Shown piece after piece: positions 47,279 to 61,319 of a stretch of DNA of 64,000 nucleotides; position 1 is the first letter of the stretch, and the number at the start of each line of letters is the position of its first letter. A program made the translations under genes and the position numbers. The notes under the pieces were generated by a model. It did no database searches, had not been told where the DNA came from, and was given only the letters and a program-made list of their open reading frames with translations. The stretch comes from the human T2T-CHM13v2.0 reference genome, Homo sapiens: NCBI RefSeq assembly GCF_009914755.1, contig NC_060929.1, one strand, 5' to 3'.

Positions 47279-47548
47279 TTTTTTTTCTTCTTTTGAGACA
47301 GGGTCGCACTCTGTCACCCACTTTAGGGCAGTGGCACTCACGCAATCCTCCCACCTCAGTATCCCAAGTAGCTACAACCACAGGCATGTGCCACCATGCC
47401 TGGCTGCTTTTATTTTTTTGTATTTTTTGTAGAGACAGGATCTCACTATGCTGCCCAGGCTAGTGTCAAACACCTGGGCCCCAGCAATCCTCCCAACTCA
47501 GCCTCCCAAAATGCTGGGATTACAGACTTGAACCACCATGCCTAATCC
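47279..47548 (-). mobile_element. Old AluJ-type element with an internal deletion in the right arm
   Basis: TTGAGACAGGGTCGCACTCTGTCACCCA...GTAGAGACAGGATCTCACTATG...GCAATCCTCCCAACTCAGCCTCCCAAAATGCTGGGATTACAG. Confidence 0.88.
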
Positions 47549-47551
47549 CAC

Positions 47552-47633
47552 ATTTTCTTAACTTTTACTTTCAGTTCATGGGTACATGTGCAGGTTTTGT
47601 TATATAGGTAAACTCATGTCATGGGGGTTTGTT
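47552..47633 (-). mobile_element. Short L1 (old L1PA/L1PB) 3'-end fragment
   Basis: AACTTTTACTTTCAGTTCATGGGTACATGTGCAGGTTTTGTTATATAGGTAAACTCATGTCATGGGGGTTTG. Confidence 0.8.
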
Positions 47634-48709
47634 AATTAAAGAAGAGTGTGCACATGATCCATCTCTAGTTGCTTTTCAACAGAGATTCAGGATAAAGATC
47701 AAGTTTCCAGGACTGACTACATATGTGCTTATCCTTTGGGAACATGGGAAAGGAACTCTAATGATGCCAAATATTCATAGAGAGCAGCCAGGAAAGAAAG
47801 AGACCAGAAGAAGAATGAACTGGGCAACAAAAGGTACCCCAAAGTGCTTAAAGTTAATAGTTGAACACCTCCCCAAACTAAGCTTGATAATTTTAAGAGG
47901 TAACAGAAGTAAAAACTGATTGACATTAAACCTCACTTGTTTTTCAGATACACTGTGATATTTGCTTGACTTTATCAATAAAAGTAAGCGTTATCTCTGT
48001 CTCTTATAGTCAATTACTAAATCATTTTAAAATGGTCAAATTTTGTCAATGCCAGAAATTGGCATTCCTTCTCCATAGTTTTCATATTTTCCATACTCTC
48101 TGAGTTTCCTGAAATTCATAGCAAGAATTCTTGGTAACTTAGTGTTAATTTTATTTCTTGTTAAACATATGTATTTTTTTATTTGAAATACATTTTTAAT
48201 CACATAGGAAATTCCCATGTGCAAAAAACATTTATTTTTTAATAAAAGTAATGCATGTATATAATTAAAATATAAAACACTACAAAAGGGTTTAAAATGC
48301 AAAGCAACAGTCTCCCACTCTCACCTCCCACTCTGACTCCTCCTTTACCTTCCTCGATGCTCAAAGAGAACCACCTTTATTTCTTCCAGGTTCCTTGTAT
48401 AGCTTTACATTATAATCTTACATGCTAGTTTTTGATTTATTAGTTATAATCTATTATTAGCTTTTCAGTCTGATGTATTATAATTTAGCTCCATTACACA
48501 TTTATATTGCCAATTTTTGTTTCTCTCTCAGTTGCCTTTATTTTTGTTTTTATTAACTATAAGCCTTATCTCTTGACTCCAATTCACTATTCCTCCCCAC
48601 TTTTAGTCATTTGTATTTATATATTTATATTGATAAATTTGATAACATTTCATTTTTCTTCTGTGTCAATAAATACTTGTGTGTGTTCTTGTTTCAGCTG
48701 ACCCCTGTT

Positions 48710-48895
48710 GAGGCCTTACTATGTGTGTCAAGCACTATGCTACATACTTTGTATAAAGTAGCTCATTTAAGCCTCGCAAGACTATAACATAGATAACTAT
48801 TGTTATTCTCATGTTACAGAAAGGAAATTGAGTAACATAGAAATTAAGTAAATTTCTGGATGCACACAGCCAGTATGATTTTTAGAGCCTGTATT
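48710..48895 (-). mobile_element. MIR relic
   Basis: CTTACTATGTGTGTCAAGCACT...CTCATTTAA...ATTCTCATGTTACAGAAAGGAAATTGAG. Confidence 0.65.
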
Positions 48896-49299
48896 TCTAA
48901 TAATTGTATAATATGAACTCTTTACGTTGTCTATTAAATTTGAAAGTCATTAACCACTATTTACATTTTAATGGCAATAAGTCGCACTGTAGCGCCAAGT
49001 AGTGTATTATCATTACACTTAGTTTCTTACGTGGTTTGTTTTGTTAAAAGTTCCTAAATGCTTTTCCTTCTTTCTTACATTGACTGCCTTTCTGTCTCCT
49101 AAATTATTTTAATACAAAAATAGTATTAAATCTCCTTTTTTCCCCCTTGATATCTTTCTTCCAAAGCCTTTCATTATTCTCCTCCAAGTTGTTCTAATTT
49201 CTCTTCATTGTGCTTGCTGCCCAGGCCTCTCCTGGACTGGATCATGTTTCGAGAGCTCATGTTTTCCTCTCTCTTGGTTTACGATCTCATCATGCTACA

Positions 49300-50700
49300 A
49301 CATACTCTCCAATAATATTCTAAGAAATGGCAGCAGAAAGTATCTTCCAGGGGCCTTAAGGTTGAAAAAATGTGTCCTTCTTTGGACAGATAGTTTGACT
49401 ACTTATGCTATTCTAAGTTAAAAGTAATTCCACTTTTAGCTTTGAAGATATTGCTCCATTACTTTTTAGCCTTCAAAATTGGTGAATGGATGACCGATGC
49501 CAAATTTACACTTATTATGTTGTTGATGTGCTATTTCTTCCCCTGGAAACTATTAGGATAACTTTCTCCTTGGGATTCTGAAATTTTTAACACTATGACT
49601 GTGACGATAAGAGTGGGCTCTAATGGTCAATGCACTGAGGACCACTGGGCTTTTTTAGTCAAAGGACATTTATCTCCCACTCTGAGAAATCTCTTATTTT
49701 TATTTCCTTCCCTCTGTTTTCTCTCTTCTCTTTCTAAAATTCCTAAATATAGGATGCTGACCTTTTAAATAAATACAGATGTTAGTATGTGTCTTAACTT
49801 TTCTCTCATATTTTCTTCTTTTGATGTTTATCTTTCTTCTAGTTTATTCAACAATCTCTTCTAATGATTCCATTTTTCTTTCATTTCAGAAAACATTATT
49901 TAAGTATCTAGAGATATTTTTGTTCTCTAATTGTTCTTCTCTTGTTTGCAGCAGTCTGCTTTTGTTTTGGATGTAAAATCTCTCATTTCTCTAATATTAA
50001 TTACAAGGATTTTTTTCCCTAAATTCTGAATTAACTACGTTTTCTCCAGAATCACTTCTTTCTTCTTGTTAATTTTGATCTTTCTCTTTATTTGTTGCAG
50101 AATTTTTTCATTTGGTGAGCATTGTTTGCTTGTTTGTTTGTTTCTATTGAAGCTGGAGGCCATAAAATTTTGAGTCCATCTATGGGCTCTATGAGAGTGG
50201 GTGGGGTTTACCAATTGGCAAGATACATTAAGGGTGAGTGGTTTTGGAGCCACCTTTCACACTAGGGGTCTTCAAAATGACACTACACAGAGGGCATTTG
50301 CTCCAGTGCCCTTCCTGGTTGTCTGGTTCTCCTTAGAGTGTTCGCTTAATACCATGAGTAGAGACCTTTCTTCTTTGTTTATTTGCTGTAGAAGTACATC
50401 CCTGGCTTCCCAGAGTGCTGCATACAGGGGAGGAGAGGGCCATGTCAGGGTAGCCTGTTCAGTATTTGATACTTTTATTAACCTCCTATTCTGTGTCTCC
50501 TGTTTCACTCCCATTTCCTGCTCTCCCTGTAATCCTAAGAGCCACACCCCTCTGGTGCTGTGCAGGACCAATGGGCATGCTTCTTGCCTACAACCCTCTC
50601 CCCTTGCATCTCAGGCTTCATCTTCTTCTCTTCCACCTTAACAAACATCAATCATCCTTGCACTTCCAGAAAAATGCTGACATCTCTACTGGGATGATGG
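49300..50700 (-). mobile_element. Very old L1M-type relic (ORF1/5' region)
   Basis: T-rich strand with GATAGTTTGACT...ATTCTAAGTT...TTTGAAGATATTGCTCCATT, resembling reverse L1 ORF1 sequence; boundaries uncertain. Confidence 0.5.
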
Positions 50701-51639
50701 CTCCCTTACTGCTCTCCCCATCGTCACAAGCTTACACCTTTACTATTGCTGTTCTGAGACTACAGTCTTCACTAGCAGAATGTGCTGGGTGCTGTGAGTT
50801 GGCTACTGTACATTGTATGTCAACTTTTTTCCTCAAAATGTACCCCTCTTCACTTGCTGGAACTGAAGATATTCCTTTACAGTCCTCATTGTTCTTCTAC
50901 CTCCATTTAAATACATCAGAAGTTCCAGGGGGAGGCTTAGATATGAGCTATTTTTTTTTTGTTCTGTGGAAGATTATAATATGCAACTGGGGCTGAGAAC
51001 CACCAGTCCTGCTGTAGACACAGACGAGGCAAGTGGCAGACCATCTCAGGGCTGATATTTGTCTCTTCGTATGATCTAAATCAAATTTCCTGACTTTATA
51101 GACATTTGTGAAAGACTTGCTTAATTATATATGAATAGTCTCACCAAAGTTTACAGCGTTCCCTATCAAGCTACTTAAGTGTTATTATCAAGTTCTGTTA
51201 GTGGTCAAATACAAGTAAGTGTGTTTAACAGTCGTAGGATGAGGACATTGCTGAGTTCCGCAAGTCCATGGTATGACGAAAAGTCTCCTGTGGTGCACAT
51301 TCACAGGAAACTCAGGTCTCTGTGAACACGCATGGATGAAGCAAGGTTATATTACTTTTAAACTTCATGTAAGGAAAAGTATGTATTTCTTACTTTAGGC
51401 ATATATCTGACAATGCCCAGTCTACTTTGCCAATGAGTTACTAATATGATTAAATTCCCGTAAGATGCTATTGTAAACATACATTTTTAAGTGTATACGT
51501 TTACAAAACCTCTACTTGAAGCACGGTTGGGTTCCCTTGGCTAGAAAGTTCTGAGTTCTCTGTCCATACCCCACTTTTAAGTCAAACGTGCTATTCTCTG
51601 GAAAATAAATTTTCCCACTATGAAAAAATCCTGGAATTC

Positions 51640-51803
51640 TAGTGTGCATCACCTGGTGGATTTACTGGGAATGCAAACTCCTGGGCCTCAATTCCAAAAA
51701 CTCAGAAGATCTGGGCTGGGACCCAGAAATCTGCATTGTACTAAGTTGTCCATATTACTCAGATGCAGAGGGTACTTGGACCTACCTTTGAAAATGCCAC
51801 TCT
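51640..51803. mobile_element. MER5-like relic
   Basis: ATCACCTGGTGGA...AATGCAAACTCCTGGGCC...GGACCCAGAAATCTGCATT. Confidence 0.65.
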
Positions 51804-54414
51804 AAGGCATTAAGGAGAAAGAGGCAGATTAATTAATAAGCTTGTGCCTTCTGACAAATAAGAGGAAACAGAGCAGAGAAAATCCTTATGTAAAGGTCTC
51901 TAAAGTACCTGAGTCCCACTAGGTTTAAGTAGGTGCTAATTCCTCACATTATACATATACATTATACATCTGAAAGGATATTGATGTTATTATTAGGTTA
52001 ATTTCATTTTTTAAAGAAAAACTTATTTATTTAGGTAAATAACTTGCACCTATCAAACTACCAAACTTTGAAATGACAATGTTTGAGTTTGATATGTGAA
52101 ATACTAATTCCACAGAATAATGTATCTTCTGCATACTGATCAATTTGTCTCTCCTAAACACAAAAGGTATGTAGCCTCAATCTGACCTTTGAAAATAAAT
52201 GGCAGTTTTCATACTTGCCTTTTTCCAAGAATATCTCTTATATTCTGCACCCCTATGTTCTAGTGCATTGTGTCAGGGCAAACTGCAGACTCAAAAGTGA
52301 GCAGATAAGCATGTTGAAACTAGAAATCTTTTTTTTTTTTCTGTCAACTATTTTCCTGAAAGGAAAGATCACCAAAGCAAGCTATTTGGTTGAATGTAAA
52401 TATTTAAATAAAGGCAAGATTACATTTAAGCTATTTTATTCATTTTTCTTAAAACCTGCTATTTTTCACTGTGTTATAAATGTAGGCAGGCAGAAACCTG
52501 CAAACATGAACTCTGAGGCAAGAGAATGTGACAGAAGTCTTTGTTAGATTCTTGAAGAAGATTGGCCCGTCTTCCTCTAGTGTCTATCCACCAGACAAGT
52601 AGTTATGATGGCTTTATAGATATTAATTTCTGCAGGGAAGTTACTCACCCTGATTGAAAAGCCTAATGTGATTGAACTCTAAATAACCATGGCCAGACGC
52701 CAAGTGAAATTTCCCCTTTCCCCCCTCCTTCTCGCCCATTTTCACAATCCTAGACAAGGGCTGTTTCAAATCTACTCCCCACCCACTCATCCCTCTGCTA
52801 GTTAGAGCAAATGCCTTTGCTTTCCCTCCCTTGAGTTGTTTTCCCTAGCTTGTGTTTCCTACCAAGTTATGTTTGTGGCCAGTATTCAACAGCTGAAATG
52901 TAGACTGATTTAGCAGGTTTTAGATCTGCTCAGATTGCAGTTAAAAAATGTTTTTAATTCAAAAATGATTAATCTCTTTGTATGCATAAAAATTGTCACT
53001 TTTTTTGGCTAGTCACACAAGAAAGAGGAGAAAAAAGAGGAGGCAAAGGGGAAAAGAAAGGGCGCCTGGACAACCTCCACGATGAGGCCAGTCCTGGGTC
53101 TGTCTTTGAACCCTTGACCCTCCTGTAACCTACCAGTTCATTCACTCCTCAGAGCTTAGAAATGGGCTTAGGTCTTCTCTCTTCATTATTTATCTCATTA
53201 TTTACTTTTAAAAAAAGAATCAATTTATCTACAAAAGATTATCAACAAAAAGTAAAATTAAAAGCAAGACAAGTTGAATTATTCACATATATTTAATAGA
53301 GTGATGAGAGTATGCTAAGCCTTAAGCCAAGTGTATATTAGTAGGTCAATCATTTTTATTCATTAAAAAAAATGCATTTACTGATTGTCCACTCTATGCC
53401 AGGCACTGAGTTTAAACAAAGGTACCCCTGATTCATCTCATCCAAACTTAGGAAAAAGTGTAATTTTAATTTCTACCTGCCACTTGTATTTATTCACTTT
53501 ATCCTACAAAAAGTTTTTCATTTTCTTCTCTTTGCTCTGACAAAAGAATATTTCCTATGTTTTCAAAATCTTTTAGAATGTCACAATGTGTAATCAGTTC
53601 TCAGACTATGGTGTCTGCTGGAATGGGCCTGCCATCCAACGTCTCAGTCTATTTGGAGCATAGAGGAGTCAAAATATCACAATCCAGTGTTGTAATCAAA
53701 TCTGCAATTTCAAGTTGAGGGTTTTTTTGTTTTGTTTTGTTTTTGCCTGATAGGTAACAATAACAACAACAACTAAACTATTTCCTACTTTTTTTTCCTG
53801 GGCACTAATGGTATAATGTGAGTACAGACAACAGAAACTACTGATAATCAAAATATTCTCATTTGGTTTTAATTTTTTTGTTTTATCTACAATAGAACAT
53901 GAGCTTACCTTTGTTTTACAATACTTCAAATTACAATATTTCAAATTTATGAAGATAGGTTGATTCTCTCTAGTCCTATGAGTGAATTTCCTGGGCCCAG
54001 GAGTAGGAAGGGGCTGCTCCATCACATGCTGCTAAATACCCCACAGCAAGCAAAGCTGACATGGAGAGGTATTGATGAGGTAATTAGGCTTATGAGTGAG
54101 GACCAAATAGTGTCAAATAATTTCATTCTATCCTTTTTCACTAATCTTTAAAAGCTAGGGCATGGGGAGTTTTGACCATTTCCTTCTGGTACCCATAAAT
54201 TACAAGGGTTGCGTTCCAAACTTCTGTTGCCAGCCTAGGTTTACAAAATAGCTCAGGGATTAGATTAGCAATGAAAGGTTTGAGAATATGACCTAAGATT
54301 TTGACTAATTGAATGTTCTTTCCATTACAATACAATATGCTGGTCTTTTGCTAGAATTTATTTTTTGTAGGTTATACAGGCAAATAATAGGATCTTTTAT
54401 GGAATCCCTAATAG

Positions 54415-54771
<357 letters not shown>

Positions 54772-55138
54772 TTAGAGATGTGTATGGACACAAGGGCAAG
54801 GCTGAGGTTGGAAGAAGTAAGAAGGAATGTTTTCCTATTCTTCCCTGTCCTGCCCCAGGCCAAAATGTACCCATGACTCTCATTTCAAAATCAGTTTTGA
54901 AGGAAAAATTAGCACCTGCAGAATAGCTGAATATTCACAGAAGCACTGCTCTTCCTTTTAGCATCTGCACAATCTGAAATCCAGAGCAATTGGAATCTTT
55001 GTTCATTAGATCAAACCACAGGATTTAAAAACAGCTTTATGAAGAGAGAGGCTAAACTACTGCTCTAAGTTATTTCCTAACCTATGCTACAATCAGGTCA
55101 CAAAACCTGACAAATTTAAATGCAGCTTAACTTGCTTT

Positions 55139-56007
55139 CAAAATCAAAATCACAATGAGATATCATCTCACCCCAGTTAGAGCAGTTATTATCAAAAAGA
55201 CAAAAAATATCAAATGCTGGGGAAGGTGTGGAGAAAAGGGAGCTTTCATACATCATCGATGGGAATGTAGTATACAGCCACTATAGAAAACAGTAGGGAG
55301 GTACCTCAAAAAAACTGAAAGTAGAACTACCATCTGATCCAGCAATCCCACTGCTGGGTATTTATCCAAAAGAAGAGAAATCAGTATATCACAGGGACAT
55401 CTGCACCCCCACATTTATTGCAGTACTATTCCCAACAGCCAAGATATGGAATCAACCTCAGTGTCAATGGATAAATGGATAAAGAAAATGTGGTATATAT
55501 ACACAATGGAATACTATGTGGCCCTAAAAAAGAAGGAAATCCTGTCATTTTCAGCAACATGGATGACCTTGGAAGACATTATGTTAAGTGAAATAAGTCA
55601 GGCACAGAATGATAATTACCACATGTTCTAATTCATATGTGGGAGCTAAAAAAGTGGAGCTCATAGAAGTAGAGAGCAGAGCTGTGGTTACTGGAGGCTA
55701 CGAAGAGTGGTAGGGAGGGAGTGATAGGAAGAAGGTGGTTAAAGGATACAAAATTGCAGCTACATAGGAGGAACAACTTCTAGTGTTATACGTCACTGTA
55801 GGGTGACTATAATTAATAATAACTTATGGTATATTTTCAAATAGCTAAAAGATAGAATTTTGAATGTTTCCAACACAAAAAAATGATGGATATGCTGATT
55901 ACTCTGATTTGATTTTTATACATTATACACATATGTCAAAATATCACTCTGTACCCTGTAAATACATACAATTATCATGTGTCAATTAAAAATTTTTTAA
56001 TTAAAAA
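55139..56007 (+). mobile_element. 5'-truncated L1MA-type element
   Basis: ORF2 C-terminus (WIKKMWYIYTMEYY) plus L1MA-type 3'UTR; 10-bp TSD AACTTGCTTT at 55129-55138 and 56008-56017. Confidence 0.9.
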
Positions 56008-56869
56008 AACTTGCTTTTACTTATTATCATAAAATATATAATAATTATTACATTAGTGGTTCATGACAATCTTTTTCCTTTAAATGCTGCATTCTATTGA
56101 AATTTAAGAAACACTGACCTAAATGCACAAAGTTCTCAAACTTGAAGGCCAACCAAGCATAAATATTTACTTTAAAATAATTACTTTTGTAGAAAAAAAC
56201 TAAATGATCTAATGAATACGAAAGATGTTTGAAAAGTTTTTAAATGCTAAGAATGAAATGACAGTTGCTTGATCATCATTGTCAGAAATGTCTCCTGGCA
56301 CAGCACTTTATCACTTGATAAGATGTACGTAAATGACTCGGAAAGAAGTTACCCTGAACTACAAAAACATGGAGTTATGAATAATTAACAACAACAACAG
56401 TAATGGTGATCCTATGAAATTAGTTATTTAAATTCAGTAAACACATACTGTAAGTGAGGAGCATGAGAGATTGCTAAAGAAGTTGAAGGAGAGAAAGGAA
56501 GGAAATAGAGGATTTTGGACAGGACTACGTGAACATGGTAATATTAAAAAATAGAATAGAGAGAATGCAAGTCAGAATGTAGAGTGAACGAACTAGTGAG
56601 AGCAAGAGAAGGAAGGAAGGAAGGAATTAAGGTTTGTCTTTTGTTTTTAAAGCAATCAGAAATGCAAGGTTTGGGTGCTGTTTTGGGATCTGCCCAATGT
56701 TCTATTTCTGGGTACCCCGTTCTTAATACACTATACTTTTTCTCACATTTCTGTAGGTTCATTGGTGGAAAGTATGGGAGACCAATTGCAAAAATATTCC
56801 CAAATCTTACCTTTTTTAAATATCCGTGTCTTTGGAATATGGATTGGATATTCCATACATTAAGACTTG

Positions 56870-57344
56870 GAGTCTATTTCCTCATCACTAGAATCGGAAT
56901 TGGTCCTGTGACATACTTTGGCCTATAAAATGCACAGAAGTAATGGTTGATGGTGCCAGTTCTGAGCTTAGGCCTCAAGAGGTCTTGCATACTTCCACTT
57001 TCTTGAACTCTCCTGCTACTGTATGAGCAAGCCTGATCTAATCTGAGAGACCTAGTCATTCCACAGTTCCAACCAATAACCCAGACACAGCTGACTCCAG
57101 ATGCTTGAGTGAGCTCACCCAAGATTAGCTAAGCCTGGTTCAGATCTTTAGCACTGCCTAGACAAACTATAGGCTGGTTATGCTTTGTCTATAATATGTG
57201 TATAAACCATAGGCTGGTTATGGTTTGTCTATAATATGTCTTTAAACCATAGGCTGGTTATGGTTTGTCTAATAACAATAATACATCTTTATTGCTTGTG
57301 CTGCTAAATTTTGGATTGGTTTGTTACACAAGAGCTAACTGACA
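56870..57344 (+). mobile_element. MLT1-type MaLR LTR relic
   Basis: GTGCCAGTTCTGAGCTTAGGCCTCAAGAGG... and terminus TTGGTTTGTTACACAAGAGCTAACTGACA. Confidence 0.7.
57159..57271. repeat. 40-bp minisatellite (~2.7 copies) with an internal inverted repeat
   Basis: AAACCATAGGCTGGTTATGGTTTGTCTATAATATGT... units start at 57164, 57204 and 57244. Confidence 0.92.
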
Positions 57345-57439
57345 GAGAAAGGCACAGGTTTCTAAAGACTATCAACAAAGAGGATAAAAGGGACTTCTGT
57401 TACTTATTCAAGTATTTATTGAAAATCTACTGTGCATCA

Positions 57440-57921
57440 CGTATGTTTATTGCGGCACTATTCCCAATAGCAAACATTTGGAACCAACCCAAATGTCCAT
57501 CAGTGATATACTGGGTTAAGAAAATGTGGCTCATATACACCATGGAATACTATGCAGCCATAAAAAAAAGGATGAGTTCACACCCTTTGCAGGGACATGG
57601 ATGAAGCTGGAAACCATCATTCTCAGCAAACTATCACATGATCAGAAAAACAAACACCACATGTTCTCACTCATAAGTGGGAATTGAACAATGAGAACCA
57701 TGGACACAGGGAGGGGAACATCATACACTAGGGCCTGCGGGGGGTGGCGGGCTAAGGGAGGGATAACATTAGGAGAAATACCTGATGTAGGTGGTGGGTT
57801 GATGTGTGCGGCAAATCACCATGACACTTGTATACCTATGTAACAAACATGTATGTTCTGCACATGTAATCCAGAACTTAAAGTGCAATAAAAAAAAGAG
57901 GCCAAAAAAAAAAAAAAAAAA
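57440..57921 (+). mobile_element. 5'-truncated L1PA 3' end with poly-A tail
   Basis: MFIAALF...[19 protein letters not shown]-rich 3'UTR, A tail; perfect 19-bp TSD GAAAATCTACTGTGCATCA at 57421-57439 and 57922-57940. Confidence 0.96.
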
Positions 57922-59204
57922 GAAAATCTACTGTGCATCAAGGACTGTATTAATTTGTTACAAAGAAACCTGGTATTATTCTTTGTAATGGGATTGAACT
58001 GCAAATTTTAGTCCATCCAATTTTCTCCTAACTTACTCTAAATTTCTATATTATTGTTTCATTCATCAGGGAATTTTTTATGTTTAAGGCCTATTTATAT
58101 TATTCTTTTAAGAGTGATCTGTTGATAGTTTTTCCTTACTTTTCTACTGAGCCATCAATTTTTTTAAAATTAACTTCTAAAAACTCCTTATATATTAGAG
58201 AAGCTGTTGTTTGCAACACAATGGTGGTATTCTCCAAGATTAACATTGTCATTAGAATTTGTTTATATCTTTTTGACATAAAGATTTTTTCATAAATGTT
58301 ATTTTATTTTATGTGTTTGACTATATTATATATTACTTATATTTTGTGGCATCTATATTTTTAGTCATAATTTTAAAATTCTTCCTCATTAGAAGGTTTA
58401 AATGAATTCTCCTATAGTAGTTCTTTTACAGTTTCATGTTTGACATCAAGTATTTCATTTATTTTGCATCTATCCTGGTGTTAATGTGAGACATGAATTC
58501 AACTTCTGTGATTCCTTTCTAGTTTAATTGCATCATAAATAAAGTGTGCTCTAGACACTACTCCACCTTTTAGAATTTACTATAGTTTTATTATGGCCCA
58601 ATATTTTATGAATGTTCTAAGAAAGAAGGCCCAAACTTTCTTTTTAGTGGACAGAACTTGATTCATATCACTCAAAGATGTCTTATTTCTCATATTATTT
58701 TGGTCTTTCATATCTTTATTTTTTTGTCTATAGAAATGTCACAAACTGAAAGAAATAAATAAGATTTCGTATTGTTTATGTGTTTCTACTGTTCCACAAA
58801 TCTCTTTTATTTATGCTTTTTAAATGTTGCTGCTTAGTTATTGAGCCATAGATATTGTTATTGGTTTTATCTTCATTAAATATAAACTGACTTTTCTATT
58901 ATAAAAAGCCCTTCTTTGGTTCATTTAATGTTTTTGGACTTGAATTTCAAATTGACCACTACTTTATTTTTGTCGCCACTTGCCTGGTATATTACTACCA
59001 AATATTTTATTTTCAATGTTTTTGAGTCTTTTTAAAAAAGTATATTTGTTTTAAATATTATGGGGTTGAGTTTGGCTATGTGGTCCAATGTGAAAATATA
59101 CTTTTAAAATTAGGCTTTTTCAGGCCTATTATTTTTAATGATATAATAGATTGGTTTGGTCTTGATTTCTTTATATTATTTCATGTTGTATTGTGTCTTG
59201 AGCA

Positions 59205-59738
59205 CTGTGACTATGTCATCCCACTATTTTCTGGGTTCCATGGTTCTGAATGAGATGTCAGTTGTTAATCTTATTGAGGAAAACTTGTATATGATTAGTT
59301 ACTTTTCTCTTGTTGATTTCAAGATTCTCTCTTTGTCTTTCAACTGTCTGTCTAGGTGAGTATCACATTGAGTTTATAATATTTGGAGTTTATTGAATTT
59401 CTTGGATGTGCAGCTTTTTCATCAAACTTGAGAAAGTTTTTACCATTTTTTCTTCAAATATTCCTTCTGCCCCCATCTGTCTTGACTTTCTGGACTCTCA
59501 TTGTGTGCATGTTGGACTCTCATTGATGGTATTCCTTAGGTCTCTGAGGCACCGTTAAGTTTTCTTCATTCTTTTTTTTTCTATTCTTTAGACTGGATAA
59601 TTTTAATCACCCTATCTTAGAGTTTGCTGGTTCTTTCTTCTGTTGGTTAAAATCTACTATTGAGTGCTTTTAGTACATTTTTTATTTCAGTTATTGTACT
59701 TTTCAGCTCCAAGATAGCTATGTGGTTTTTTGTAAAAA

Positions 59739-59778
<40 letters not shown>

Positions 59779-61030
59779 TATTTTCTATCTCTTTATTGAT
59801 ATTTCTTATTTGGTGAGATATTATTCTCAGATTATCTTTTAATTCTTTACACATGGTTACCTTTAGTTCTTTAAACATTTATAAATAGCTAATTTAACAT
59901 CTTGCTTAGTAAGTCAAACGTCTTGGCTTCCTTAGTGACAATTTCTATTGATGACTTTTTTATTTCTGTGTATGATCCATATTTTCCTTTTTCTTTGCAT
60001 ATATCATGGTTTTTTGCTGAAAACTGAACATTTTAAATCATAAAATGTGGCAAATCTGGAAATCAGATACCCCCCTTTCTCCAACATATATTGTTTTTAC
60101 AGTTTGTTGGTTTAGTGACTTTCCTAGGCTAATTCTATAAAGTCTGTATTCTTTGTTTAGCCAGCAAACTTTGTGCTAGATTAGCTCAGTGGTCAGTTAA
60201 TGATTGGACAGAGCATTTCTCAAATTTCCTTAAACCATACATCTCCTAGCCTTTGCTAAGAGGCTCTGTGTGTATGTTAAAGTATGTTTTCAATATTTGG
60301 CAAGCAGTTTATAGCTCTCCATTAGCCTTTACTTCCTGCTTGTTCAGAAACTCAAGGTAATGAAGAAGTGAGAGAAGAGAGCCTTTTAATATCTTCCTTG
60401 GGCATTCATACAGCCTTATGCAAGTACATAATCTACTAGATTACCAGGAATATGTCAGAGCTTTTCAAGTCCCCCAAAGACATTTCATTCCCTTTATTCC
60501 TTGGAAGTTTTTTGGTCAGCCTCTTGTTAGCTCCAACTAGTAATGCTGTCTCAGGCAGCCACCATGTTAAACAATCACTACTGGTTGTTTTCCACAGATT
60601 CCCTGTGGGCAGATGTTAACAAAGTGTGAGCTCTGAGTAATGTCAAATAAAGACAAGCCTTGAGAATTGAGATTTTCAGAAACTTGCCAGATAGGTCAAA
60701 GAGTGACAATTTTCTCTAGTGAGGCTTTTGGTGGGAGTTCCAAAACCATTCTGCTGCCTACAGTGGCTTCAGGTCTTCAAGTCTGTACAGCCAACATGGT
60801 TTCAAGGCTGTTGGTTATCAAGGCTCCCATAGAGCTGGGAGAGGACGATGATAATAGGGAAGTTAAAAAGCCACAAAACCCATTGTTCTTACTTAGATTC
60901 AGACATTTTTCTTGTTGGTCGCCAGTCTTTGATAAATTTTAAGAGCTCTAAAACATTGATTGTCCTAGTGTTCTCATTGATCTTTTTGAAGAAGGGAATT
61001 TTTGGAGGTTTTTACTCTACCATTCTTGGA
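59205..61030 (-). mobile_element. Old L1M (ORF1 / 5' region) fragment
   Basis: GTCAGTTGTTAATCTTATTGAGGA...GATTTCAAGATTCTCTCTTTGTCTTT; ORF1-like MFKELK... peptide at 59687-59878. Confidence 0.7.
59734..59780. repeat. (A)n(TA)n compound microsatellite
   Basis: About 23 A followed by about 12 TA units. Confidence 0.95.
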
Positions 61031-61319
61031 GTATGGATTGTGTTTTTATAGTTAAAAAAATCAAATATCTTTCATGTGGTCTCATATTTTTGCTTTGTTT
61101 TACTTATGCAGTAACTCTAAAATTTAGGAAGTTACATATTTTAATCAGGGATTTACTTTTTAAAGTAGCACTCTTATATGTACTTACTTTTATATGTAGC
61201 ACTCTTTTTTTTTAACTCTTTAGACAGTATATATGTTAGCTTCTTCTATAAGCAATGCAGGGTTGGCATTTTCTTCTCTTTCCTCTCCCTTCCTTTCCTC
61301 TACCACCCAAATTTTTATT

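Noticed and set aside
50201-50996. Overlapping 146-aa and 176-aa ORFs
   Set aside because: No domain-like signal or splice structure; they appear to overlap a decayed L1M relic.
57159-57271. Regularly spaced palindromic repeats as a CRISPR-like array
   Set aside because: The units are near-identical head-to-tail copies with no unique spacers, there are no cas genes, and the context is human.
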